Below are positions 26,452-34,014 of a DNA stretch of 51,369 nucleotides, piece by piece. Each line of letters starts with the position of its first letter. Position 1 is the stretch's first letter. The translations under genes and the position numbers were made by a program. A model generated the notes under the pieces. The model made no database searches and had not been told where the DNA came from. It saw nothing but the letters and a program-made list of their open reading frames with translations. Origin of the DNA: Ilumatobacteraceae bacterium. GTDB lineage: Bacteria; Actinomycetota; Acidimicrobiia; Acidimicrobiales; Ilumatobacteraceae. Location: NCBI GenBank assembly GCA_031370745.1, contig JANMQX010000093.1, forward strand, positions 1 through 51,369. Reading direction: 5' to 3'.

Positions 26452-26850
26452 ATGGCTTTTGGGATCGACGCGTTGCGCGGGTCACGCGCAGTCGTTGACC
26501 ACCGTTTGGCGCGCCGGCACCTGATCAATGAGTTCCATCGGGGCCGGCTCCGTCAGGACCAAGTGTGCGATGCCCATCCCGAACTGCTGCGCGCGGCGGG
26601 CAATGTGGGCACCCCTGCATCGATGCCCTGCCCGATCTGCCGCGAAGAAAAGCTCTTCCTCGTCACTTACGTGTTCGGGTCGCGACTGCCTTCTCATGGG
26701 CGATGCGTGTCGACTGCGGCAGAGTTGGCAAAGCTCAACTCTCGCACCGATGCCTTGACCGCGTACGTCGTCGAAGCATGCACCGGGTGCCGTTGGCACC
26801 ACCTGCTGCGCGTGCTGCCGATCGGCGGCGGTGTCGCTAGAACGGGCTGA
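26452..26850 (+). CDS. DUF5318-like small protein with CxxC...CxxC
   Basis: MAFGIDALRGSRAVVDHRLARRHLINEFHRGRLRQDQVCDAHPELLRAAGNVGTPASMPCPICREEKLFLVTYVFG...ACTGCRWHHLL. TAGCCT lies 7 nt upstream of ATG (possible leaderless -10). The family name is from memory. Confidence 0.7.
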   Translation: MAFGIDALRGSRAVVDHRLARRHLINEFHRGRLRQDQVCDAHPELLRAAGNVGTPASMPCPICREEKLFLVTYVFGSRLPSHGRCVSTAAELAKLNSRTDALTAYVVEACTGCRWHHLLRVLPIGGGVARTG

Positions 26851-27409
26851 GTCCCATTCGGTTGCGAATCGAGATCGCCTCGCCGACATGGGCATGCCCG
26901 TGGCCGATGACCGGCCATTGAACGAGCCACGACACCGGCTTGTCGGTCCACATGCGATGCAACCAATCGACCTCGTCGACGGCGAGGTCTGCCTTGTCGA
27001 CCAGCCGGCGACTGGTGTCGGGGACGGTGTCGAGCGCTAACATGTCGACGTCGTCGAGCCAGGTGCGCGTCGCTGTGAAGACTGCGTCGACATACGCGAG
27101 CAGCGAGTCGAGCGGCAATGAGCCGCTGACCGAAGGATCCTCGCGCTCGGCGAGACCGGCCGATGGGCGGGCGTCGTCGAGACCGAGGGCGACGCAGTGG
27201 GCGCCGAACAATGGCGGGTGATTGCGGATGGCGGTCGTCACGGCGAGGTCCTGATGACGAGCGACATGTAGCAACAGGTGGGCGATCGACGACCCTCCGC
27301 TGTCGGCGTGTTCGACCCAGCGTTGCTTGGGAACCACGCTCAGTACGGCGTCGCCGAGCTTGCCGCGTAGGCTGTCGAGGTCGTTGACAATCCAGGTATG
27401 CACGTTCAC
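26837..27409 (-). CDS. DinB/MDMPI_N-like four-helix-bundle protein
   Basis: 190 aa with SSIAHLLLHVARHQDLAV and C-terminal VIGHGHAHVGEAISIRN (His-rich metal-site pattern). Overlaps the DUF5318 3' end by 14 nt, convergent. Confidence 0.5.
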   Translation of the reverse strand: MNVHTWIVNDLDSLRGKLGDAVLSVVPKQRWVEHADSGGSSIAHLLLHVARHQDLAVTTAIRNHPPLFGAHCVALGLDDARPSAGLAEREDPSVSGSLPLDSLLAYVDAVFTATRTWLDDVDMLALDTVPDTSRRLVDKADLAVDEVDWLHRMWTDKPVSWLVQWPVIGHGHAHVGEAISIRNRMGLSPF

Positions 27410-27752
27410 GGGGTGAACGTAGTCCTAAAGTGTCACATACCGGACGCAAACCGTCCGGTGGAGAAACAACTCACGGCGGCCCATCCGTGGACGAGCCGAC
27501 GTGTACAAAACCACCAGCTGGCCCTCCCGGTGTCGGCGAGTGTGGCGCCACGCCCACCAGTTCACCCGTCCCGAGCTGGTGGGCGAGGTCGCCAACAGCG
27601 GTTCTGTAGGTCGCCCGCCCCGTGTAACACCCCTCTGTCATGCTGGCGAGCGTGGACATCGGCTTTCACCGCTACACTCGCCAAGTCATATTGGCCCTGC
27701 CCCATTCCGGGGCCCCGGGTGTTCCCCGGGTCCGAAGGGAGGTTGCACACGC

Positions 27753-28085
27753 ATGACGCGTGCTTACGAACTCATGGTCATCATCGATGGTGACGTAGAA
27801 GACACCGCCGCCCAGGAGCGGGTGAAGTCGATCACCGACTCCATCACCAAAGCTGGCGGCACGATTCATGGCAAGCCCGACTGGTGGGGTCGCCGGCAGT
27901 ACGCCTACCCGATCAACAAGAAGGAATACGGCTACTACGTCGTGTACCAACTGGTTGCGCCCGGTGGCGCCCTCGACGAGCTTGAGCGCTCGTTCCGCAT
28001 CGCTGACGACATCGTCCGCCACAAGCTCATCCGTCTTCCGGATACCGAGGCAGCTCGCCGCGGTCTGTCGGAGCCAGCGGCCTGA
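27753..28085 (+). CDS. rpsF: 30S ribosomal protein S6
   Basis: MTRAYELMVIIDGDVEDTAAQERVKSITDSITKAGGTIHGKPDWWGRRQYAYPINKKEYGYYVVYQL. GAAGGGAGG lies upstream of ATG 27753. Confidence 0.95.
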   Translation: MTRAYELMVIIDGDVEDTAAQERVKSITDSITKAGGTIHGKPDWWGRRQYAYPINKKEYGYYVVYQLVAPGGALDELERSFRIADDIVRHKLIRLPDTEAARRGLSEPAA

Positions 28086-28115
28086 GTCGCCGCTCGTCAA
28101 GTCAAGGAGGCCGTC

Positions 28116-28574
28116 ATGGCCGATAGCACTGTCACCATCGTAGGAAACCTCACCCGCGATCCCGAGCTGCGATTCACCGCCGGCGGCAAGGGCGTCGCCA
28201 GCTTCGGCGTCGCCGTCGGCCGCCGATACCAGGTCAACGGCGAGTGGCAGGAGAAGACGTCGTTCTTCAACGTCACCGCGTGGGACCAACTCGGTGAGAA
28301 CGCGGCAGCGTCGCTGACCAAGGGTGCTCGCATCATCGTGACCGGTCGCCTCGAGCAGCGTGAATATGAAACCAAGGAAGGCGAGAAGCGCAACGTCGTC
28401 GAGATCATCGCCGACGAGCTCGGGCCATCGCTTCGCTGGGCCCGAGCCGAGGTCGAGCGCACGCAGCGCACCGGTCCCGATGGCACTCCCGCTGCTAGCA
28501 ACCGACCGACCGCAGGTGCCTCGGCTGGTGGCCGCCCCACTGATCCTGTGTACGGCGACGAAGAGCCGTTCTGA
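28116..28574 (+). CDS. ssb: Single-stranded DNA-binding protein
   Basis: MADSTVTIVGNLTRDPELRFTAGGKGVASFGVAV...FFNVTAWDQLGENAAASLTKGARIIVTGRLEQREYE and acidic tip DEEPF. Confidence 0.96.
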   Translation: MADSTVTIVGNLTRDPELRFTAGGKGVASFGVAVGRRYQVNGEWQEKTSFFNVTAWDQLGENAAASLTKGARIIVTGRLEQREYETKEGEKRNVVEIIADELGPSLRWARAEVERTQRTGPDGTPAASNRPTAGASAGGRPTDPVYGDEEPF

Positions 28575-28607
28575 CCCCGTGACGATTGATCCGAGAAAGC
28601 ACCAGAA

Positions 28608-29075
28608 ATGACCAGTAAGAAGAATCGCGCCAGAGCGCCAAAAGAAGTCAACAAGAAGTTCAAGAAGAAGACGAGTGTGCTCGTCACCGACAAGGTCGAC
28701 TTCGTCGACTACAAAGACGTCAACTTGTTGAACCGTTTCGTCAGCGATCGTTCCAAGATCCGCAACCGTCGGGTCACCGGCAACACGGTCCAGCAACAAC
28801 GCGACATCGCCAACGCCGTGAAGAACGCGCGTGAGATGGCTCTGCTGCCATACACCAAGCGCGTTTCTCAGACGCGCGCTGGTCGTCCGCCGCGCGATCG
28901 CGACGAAGACGGAGGCGGTCGTGGTGGTCGCGAAGGTCGCGAAGGTCGCGAAGACGGAGGCGGTCGTGGTGGTCGTGACTCGTTCAAGACCGACACCGCT
29001 GTACCTGCGTTGGCTCCCCAGGTCGACGCTGCCGACGCGGACGTCGACACCGCCGACGAGACAGCAGAGGCGTGA
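28608..29075 (+). CDS. rpsR: 30S ribosomal protein S18 with a ~67-aa RGG-rich/acidic C-terminal extension
   Basis: Core [54 protein letters not shown] ends near aa 83. It is followed by ...[37 protein letters not shown]...[16 protein letters not shown]. Confidence 0.93.
   Translation: MTSKKNRARAPKEVNKKFKKKTSVLVTDKVDFVDYKDVNLLNRFVSDRSKIRNRRVTGNTVQQQRDIANAVKNAREMALLPYTKRVSQTRAGRPPRDRDEDGGGRGGREGREGREDGGGRGGRDSFKTDTAVPALAPQVDAADADVDTADETAEA
28905..28975 (+). repeat. 26-bp direct repeat flanking a short CGCGAAGGT tandem, inside the rpsR tail
   Basis: GAAGACGGAGGCGGTCGTGGTGGTCG occurs at 28905-28930 and again at 28950-28975. Two tandem copies of CGCGAAGGT (28930-28947), plus a partial third, link them. 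Confidence 0.9.
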
Positions 29076-29080
29076 GCGTC

Positions 29081-29524
29081 ATGAGGATCATTCTCCGTTC
29101 CGACCGCAAAGGTCTCGGCAAACGTGGCGACATCGTCGAGGTGTCGGATGGTCACGCTCGCAACTTCTTGCTGCCAAAGGGTCACGCCCTGAAGGCATCC
29201 GACGGTGCAGTCGCCCAGGCAGCCTCGATGCGTCGCTCGCGCGACCTGCGCGACGCCCATGATCGTGAAGGCGCTCAGACGATCGCCTCGGCACTGGTGC
29301 CGAAGATCATCACCATCCCTGCCAAGGCAGGCCCCGAAGGCAAGCTCTTCGGCTCCGTCACCGTGGCCGATGTCGCCCAGGCCGTGGAAGAGCAGACCAA
29401 GGTCGTCATCGACCGCAAGAACCTGCACATGGAACCAATCAAGTCACTCGGTACTCATACGGTGACTGCCAAGCTGCACAACGACGTCGAGTTCCCGATC
29501 ACGGTCGAAGTCGTCAGCAAGTAA
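29081..29524 (+). CDS. rplI: 50S ribosomal protein L9
   Basis: MRIILRSDRKGLGKRGDIVEVSDGHARNFLLPKGHALKAS. ATG 29081 is 10 nt after AGAGG. The track GTG 29072 overlaps the rpsR stop with no spacing for an RBS. Confidence 0.93.
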   Translation: MRIILRSDRKGLGKRGDIVEVSDGHARNFLLPKGHALKASDGAVAQAASMRRSRDLRDAHDREGAQTIASALVPKIITIPAKAGPEGKLFGSVTVADVAQAVEEQTKVVIDRKNLHMEPIKSLGTHTVTAKLHNDVEFPITVEVVSK

Positions 29525-29566
29525 GACCTCGGTTCCATCGCGAACCGCCAAATTCTCTCCACAGGG

Positions 29567-29643
29567 TTGTCCACAACGGCCAGTGGCTTCGCACCGGTCG
29601 TCTCCGGGGCTGTGCTGTGACGCGTTCGGCGTGGTTGTCCACA
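29567..29643 (+). promoter_or_regulatory. Two perfect DnaA boxes upstream of dnaB
   Basis: GGTTGTCCACA occurs twice, same orientation. The 9-mers TTGTCCACA are at 29567-29575 and 29635-29643. A weaker CTCTCCACA is at 29555-29563. Confidence 0.6.
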
Positions 29644-29654
29644 TCCGCGCACAG

Positions 29655-29697
29655 CAACCTCACAGGTTGTTGCCGTGCCAACTCACAAGTTGTTGCC
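29655..29697 (+). promoter_or_regulatory. Tandem operator-like direct repeat, each copy containing a short palindrome
   Basis: CAACCTCACAGGTTGTTGCC (29655-29674) and CAACTCACAAGTTGTTGCC (29679-29697). Inner palindromes are CAACCT-CAC-AGGTTG and CAACT-CACA-AGTTG. The element ends 41 nt before the dnaB ATG. Confidence 0.45.
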
Positions 29698-29737
29698 CTT
29701 ACGCCCCACAGGCCTGATCGTGCAAGGTAGGTGACTC

Positions 29738-31111
29738 ATGACTGACTTCAATCGCGATTCGGGCCGCGAACGTAACTCGCGCCGGTCCGATAATCGCGTC
29801 CCTCCCCACAACCTCAACGCCGAAGAAAGTTTGCTGGGCGCATTGCTGCTGTCGCGCGAGGTCGTCGACCAGATCAGCGAACTCCATGTGCTCGTCGAGC
29901 ACTTCTACAAGCCGAGTCATCAGCACATCTATGCCGCAATTCGCGGTTTGGTGTTCGGCGGTCAACCAGTCGACGCAGTGACGGTTGCCGACGAGTTGCG
30001 TCGCAACGGTTTGCTCGACGAGATCGGCGGACCACAGACCCTGCTCGAGTTGCAGAATGCCACGCCGGCCATTTCCAACGCCTCGCGCTACGCCAAGATC
30101 GTCCAAGACACAGCGTTGTTGCGCAAGCTGATCGGGGTTGCAAGCGACATCGCCGAGATCGCTTATCTCGAACCCGACGACGTCACCAAGGCACTCGACG
30201 AAGCCGAGACCAAGGTCTTCGAGATCGCCGAAGATCGTATCACCGACACCACGCGATCGCTCAGCGATCTCCTGCCGTTGGCGATGGACAAGCTGCAAGA
30301 GACGTTCGAGCGCGGTGACATCATCACCGGTACCGCGACCGGGTTCCACGATCTCGACGAGATCCTGTCGGGGTTACAGCCATCGACGCTCAACATCATT
30401 GGTGCCCGTCCGGCAATGGGCAAGACGAGTCTCGGTTTGGGTATTGCTGCCTACGTGGCCCAGACTGCGCGTTGGCCGGTGCTGATCTTCTCGCTCGAGA
30501 TGGGGCACACCGAACTGACGCAACGCATCCTGTCGAGCGAGGCCGAGGTCGACTCGCAGAAGCTACGTACCGGTCGATTGGTCGAAGCCGACTGGACCAA
30601 GATCGGCAAGGCGATCAATCGCCTCGACGTACCGCTGTACCTCGACGACAACCCGCGGGTGACCGTGATGGAGATCCGGGCGAAGGCCCGCCGCATGAAG
30701 GCCCGCCAGGGCGGGCTGGCCTTGATCGTGATCGACTACTTACAGCTGATGAGCGGCGGTAGTTCCGCCGAGAACCGTCAACTCGAAGTCAGTGAGATCA
30801 GCCGTGGTCTGAAGATCTTGGCCCGCGAGCTCGAGGTGCCGATCATCGCCCTCAGCCAGCTCAGCCGTAACCTCGAGACCCGCGGCGACAAGCGCCCGAT
30901 GCTGTCCGACCTACGCGAATCGGGCTCGCTCGAACAGGACGCCGACGTCGTGATGTTCCTCTATCGCGACGAGGTCTACAACAAGGAGTCGGCAGACAAG
31001 GCGATGGCTGAGGTGATCATTGCCAAGCACCGTTCCGGCCCGACCGGCACCGTGAGATTGGTGTTCAGGGGTCAGTTCACCAAGTTCGGCAACGCTGCTC
31101 GCGGAGTGTGA
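29738..31111 (+). CDS. dnaB: Replicative DNA helicase DnaB (no intein)
   Basis: PPHNLNAEESLLGALLLSREVVDQI..., Walker A GARPAMGKTSLGL, IVIDYLQLM, SQLSRNLE, DADVVMFLYRDEVY. Confidence 0.96.
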   Translation: MTDFNRDSGRERNSRRSDNRVPPHNLNAEESLLGALLLSREVVDQISELHVLVEHFYKPSHQHIYAAIRGLVFGGQPVDAVTVADELRRNGLLDEIGGPQTLLELQNATPAISNASRYAKIVQDTALLRKLIGVASDIAEIAYLEPDDVTKALDEAETKVFEIAEDRITDTTRSLSDLLPLAMDKLQETFERGDIITGTATGFHDLDEILSGLQPSTLNIIGARPAMGKTSLGLGIAAYVAQTARWPVLIFSLEMGHTELTQRILSSEAEVDSQKLRTGRLVEADWTKIGKAINRLDVPLYLDDNPRVTVMEIRAKARRMKARQGGLALIVIDYLQLMSGGSSAENRQLEVSEISRGLKILARELEVPIIALSQLSRNLETRGDKRPMLSDLRESGSLEQDADVVMFLYRDEVYNKESADKAMAEVIIAKHRSGPTGTVRLVFRGQFTKFGNAARGV

Positions 31112-31119
31112 CGACCCGT

Positions 31120-31432
31120 TCAGGCCACCGGCACCAGTGGCTTCCACATCGTCAGCTTCGGGCCGTGTCCGTCGTGGGCGGGCGCGGGATCGAGCAGCGC
31201 CTGCATGGCACGGTCTCGTTCGACATCGGTGAACGGGCGGGTGGTGTGGCAGGCCCTCGTCGCGACTGACGGCCAGATTCGTGGCGTAGAAGAAGTGCTT
31301 GCTCTAGCCGCCGTGCTCTCCTGGGTTCGGCGCGGCGACCACCTTGACGAGTTCGAAACCCATCACCTCGGTGTAGAAGCGGTGGGTGGCAGCGGTGTCG
31401 CGGGTGGCCAGGGCCACGTGGTGAAACGCCAT
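31120..31432 (-). pseudogene. Decayed VOC/glyoxalase-family gene (in-frame TAG, frameshift, internal deletion)
   Basis: MAFHHVALATRDTAATHRFYTEVMGFELVKVVAAPNPGEHGG then TAG (31304-31306) then SKHFFYATN... in the same frame. A C-terminal tail ...RAMQALLDPAPAHDGHGPKLTMWKPLVPVA* is in another frame. Total span is far shorter than a two-module VOC protein. Confidence 0.65.
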
Positions 31433-31490
31433 CGAGGAATTGTCGCGCCAACGAGTAGGAGTGTCACCACCAGGCCGCCAGACTTGCGGT

Positions 31491-31691
31491 GTGTTCCTCG
31501 GCGACAACCTTCTGGCCTATCTGGTCCTGGCATTGGGAGGTGCGCTGTTCGCCGGCAACCTGATGGCGCTGGTGAAGCCGCCGCCGCAGAAGGAAGGCGA
31601 TCTCGCGAAGGCACCGATCGGCAGAAGTGTCCTGATGGGGCTGATCGGGTTCGTCGCTGCCGTGTGGTCGCTGGCCTCACTGCTGAGTTAG
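31491..31691 (+). CDS. Small two-TM membrane protein (hypothetical)
   Basis: VFLGDNLLAYLVLALGGALFAGNLMALVKPPPQKEGDLAKAPIGRSVLMGLIGFVAAVWSLASLLS. GTG 31491 chosen. The track TTG 31440 is also possible. No recognisable family. Confidence 0.45.
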   Translation: MFLGDNLLAYLVLALGGALFAGNLMALVKPPPQKEGDLAKAPIGRSVLMGLIGFVAAVWSLASLLS

Positions 31692-32797
31692 CAAACCACG
31701 CGGTCGCCCGTCACCTCGGCAAGAGTGGCTAGGAAGCGGTCGTTCTCTTCCGGCGTCGAGATCGTGACCCGTATCCCTTCGTTCGGGAAGGGTCTGGTGA
31801 CGACACCGCGCTGCTCCATCCCGAGGTAGATCGCGTCGGTTTGTTCGCCGGTGGGGAGGTACACGAAGTTGGCTTGGGCGTCGGGCAGGTTCCACCCCTT
31901 CGCACTGAGCTCAGCGACCACCCGGGTTCGCTCGCTGAGTATGTTGGCAACCCGCTCACCGATCTCGTCCGCGGCGTCGATTGCGGCGATGGCAGCCGCC
32001 TGAGCGAGCGCACTGACCGCGAAGGGGAACAGCGTCTTGTCGATCGAGGCGACGACGTCGGGATCGGCGATCGCGTACCCGGCGCGAATTCCGGCCATCC
32101 CGTGTGCCTTGGAGAACGTGCGCGTGACAACCACATTGGCAAAGCGGGGGACGAGGTCGCGCACAGGATCGCCCAGCGATGGATCGAGGAACTCGCGGTA
32201 AGCCTCATCGACGACCACGATCGTCTCCGGTGGGATGCCCTCGAGCAGGGTGGCCAGATCCGCGGTCGATACAGCAGTGCCGGTTGGGTTGTTCGGCGTT
32301 GCCAACAGCACCAACTTGGTCCGATCGGTCACGGCGGCAGCGACTGCCGCAAGGTCGAAGGCGTGATCTCCGTTCAACTCAGTCGTCACAGCGACGCCGG
32401 CCATGAGTTGCGTATAGACGGGGTAGACCTCGAACGAGCGCCATGGATACACGACCTCGTCACCCGGATCGACGTATGTCAGGAACAGTTGCTGCAGCAA
32501 CCCGACAGAACCAGCACCAACAGTGATGTGCTCGACACCGACATCGAGCCACGTCGACAGCCGCTCGCGAACCGCGGTAGCGCGATGGTCGGCATAGCGA
32601 TTTGCGCCTCTGGCGGCGGCCGTGACCGCATCGACGATCGCTTGGATCGGCGGCAGTGGGTTCTCGTTCGACGCCAACTTGATGGCGTTGGTGATGCCGT
32701 GTTCCGCCTCGGCTTGGGCTGCTGCCTTGCCGGGACGGTAGGCGGGCATGGTTTCGACCGCAGGACGCGGCCTGCCGGCGTTATGCAGTGCAGTCAT
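31688..32797 (-). CDS. Class II PLP aminotransferase (histidinol-phosphate/aromatic aminotransferase type)
   Basis: ETMPAYRPGK...IKLASNENPLPP...RYAD...LATPNNPTGT...VVVDEAYREF...RTFSKAHGMAGIRAGYAI (PLP lysine in SK). Confidence 0.9.
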   Translation of the reverse strand: MTALHNAGRPRPAVETMPAYRPGKAAAQAEAEHGITNAIKLASNENPLPPIQAIVDAVTAAARGANRYADHRATAVRERLSTWLDVGVEHITVGAGSVGLLQQLFLTYVDPGDEVVYPWRSFEVYPVYTQLMAGVAVTTELNGDHAFDLAAVAAAVTDRTKLVLLATPNNPTGTAVSTADLATLLEGIPPETIVVVDEAYREFLDPSLGDPVRDLVPRFANVVVTRTFSKAHGMAGIRAGYAIADPDVVASIDKTLFPFAVSALAQAAAIAAIDAADEIGERVANILSERTRVVAELSAKGWNLPDAQANFVYLPTGEQTDAIYLGMEQRGVVTRPFPNEGIRVTISTPEENDRFLATLAEVTGDRVVC

Positions 32798-32819
32798 TGA
32801 TGCTCCGGTGGGCGAGTGG

Positions 32820-33521
32820 TTACATCAACGTAGCGCCGGGCACCCGTTCCGGTTGGAGCGAAACTGCCATCGGCCCGAGCAACGGTTGAGCGGCGAGCGT
32901 CACTCGGTTGCGTCCGCCGTCCTTCGACTTGAACAGTGCTTCATCGGCTCGCACCATCGTCTGGGCGACGTGCCCGCCTTTGCCGAGGGCAACGCCTATC
33001 GAAACCGTCATCGGTTGGTCGACCGGTGATGGAATCTCCGAGACGGCGAAGCGGATCCGTTCAGCGACCTGTCCGGCTTCGGTCGTGTTGGTATCGGCCA
33101 GTAGTACGCAGAACTCCTCACCGCCGTAGCGGTAGACGACATCGCCGGCGCGCACCTCGCGGCGCATCACGTTCGCGACGTCGCGCAGCGCCGTGTCGCC
33201 CGCATCGTGGCCGTGTTCGTCGTTGATGCGCTTGAAGTGATCGACGTCGACCATGATCACGGCGACCGGCGTGTCGCCGTTGCCCGCCTTGGTGGCGAGG
33301 TCGCGATCGAGCCGACGGCGGTTGCCGACGCCGGTCAGGCCATCGCACATTGCCAACTGGGCAAAGTGGCGGTTGCGGTGACTACGGATCGCCGCAAAGA
33401 TCCCAAGGCCCGCTCCGGTTGCGGCAAGGATGCCGATGGCAACGAGCGCAATCAGGGTCGTTCGATTCGTGCCGGTCGACGCCGCAGCGCTCGCCAGGAT
33501 GCTGGTGCCAAACTTCATCAA
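32820..33521 (-). CDS. Membrane-anchored diguanylate cyclase (TM plus GGDEF only)
   Basis: One TM (LIALVAIGILAATGAGLGIFAAI) then DGLTGVGNRRRLD...VIMVDVDHFKRINDEHGHDAGDTALRDV...RAGD-VVYRY-GGEEF (I-site plus active GGEEF). Confidence 0.92.
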   Translation of the reverse strand: MMKFGTSILASAAASTGTNRTTLIALVAIGILAATGAGLGIFAAIRSHRNRHFAQLAMCDGLTGVGNRRRLDRDLATKAGNGDTPVAVIMVDVDHFKRINDEHGHDAGDTALRDVANVMRREVRAGDVVYRYGGEEFCVLLADTNTTEAGQVAERIRFAVSEIPSPVDQPMTVSIGVALGKGGHVAQTMVRADEALFKSKDGGRNRVTLAAQPLLGPMAVSLQPERVPGATLM

Positions 33522-33597
33522 CGTTGTATCGGCTCGATGGTGCCCGAAGTTGAACGCTGATCAGTGATCCATTCGACCCATATGCAATGCTCGAGAC

Positions 33598-33996
33598 ATG
33601 GTCGCAGGTATCGAGCGATGGGGTTCTGGTGGGCCGTGGGAAGGTGTCGTCGGCTACAGCCGGGTGGCGCGCAGCGGCGACTACGTGCATGTGGCCGGCA
33701 CGACGGCGACTGTCGACGGTCAGGTGGTGGGCAAGGGCGACGCCGGTGAACAGACCCGCGTAGCTCTGCGGATCGTCGGGGAATCGCTCGCCAAAGCCGG
33801 CGCGACCTTCGATCAGGTCGTTCGGACGAGGATCTTCGTGCGCGACATCGCCAACTGGCAAGCGGTCGGCACGGCGCACGGTGAGGTGTTCGCCGACATA
33901 CGACCGGTGTCGACGATGGTGGAGGTATCGGGCTTGATCGACCCTGATCATCTCGTCGAGATCGAAGTCGAGGCATACAGCCCGCTTGCTGGGTGA
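33598..33996 (+). CDS. RidA/YjgF-family protein
   Basis: 132 aa: ...YVHVAGTTATVDGQVVGKGDAGEQTRVALRIVGESLAKAGATFDQVVRTRIFVRDIANWQAVGTAHGEVFADIRPVSTMVEVSGLIDPDHLVEIEVEAY. Confidence 0.85.
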   Translation: MVAGIERWGSGGPWEGVVGYSRVARSGDYVHVAGTTATVDGQVVGKGDAGEQTRVALRIVGESLAKAGATFDQVVRTRIFVRDIANWQAVGTAHGEVFADIRPVSTMVEVSGLIDPDHLVEIEVEAYSPLAG

Positions 33997-34014
33997 TGAT
34001 GCGAGAATTCGCGG

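Noticed and set aside
27471-27659. 62-aa minus-strand ORF inside the rpsF upstream spacer
   Set aside because: It has no RBS and no recognisable family, its composition is unremarkable, and it overlaps the stable stem-loops. Treated as non-coding, although ribosome profiling could revisit this.
27672-28799. 375-aa ORF antisense to rpsF-ssb-rpsR
   Set aside because: It spans three universally conserved genes and their spacers on the opposite strand, so it cannot be a real CDS.
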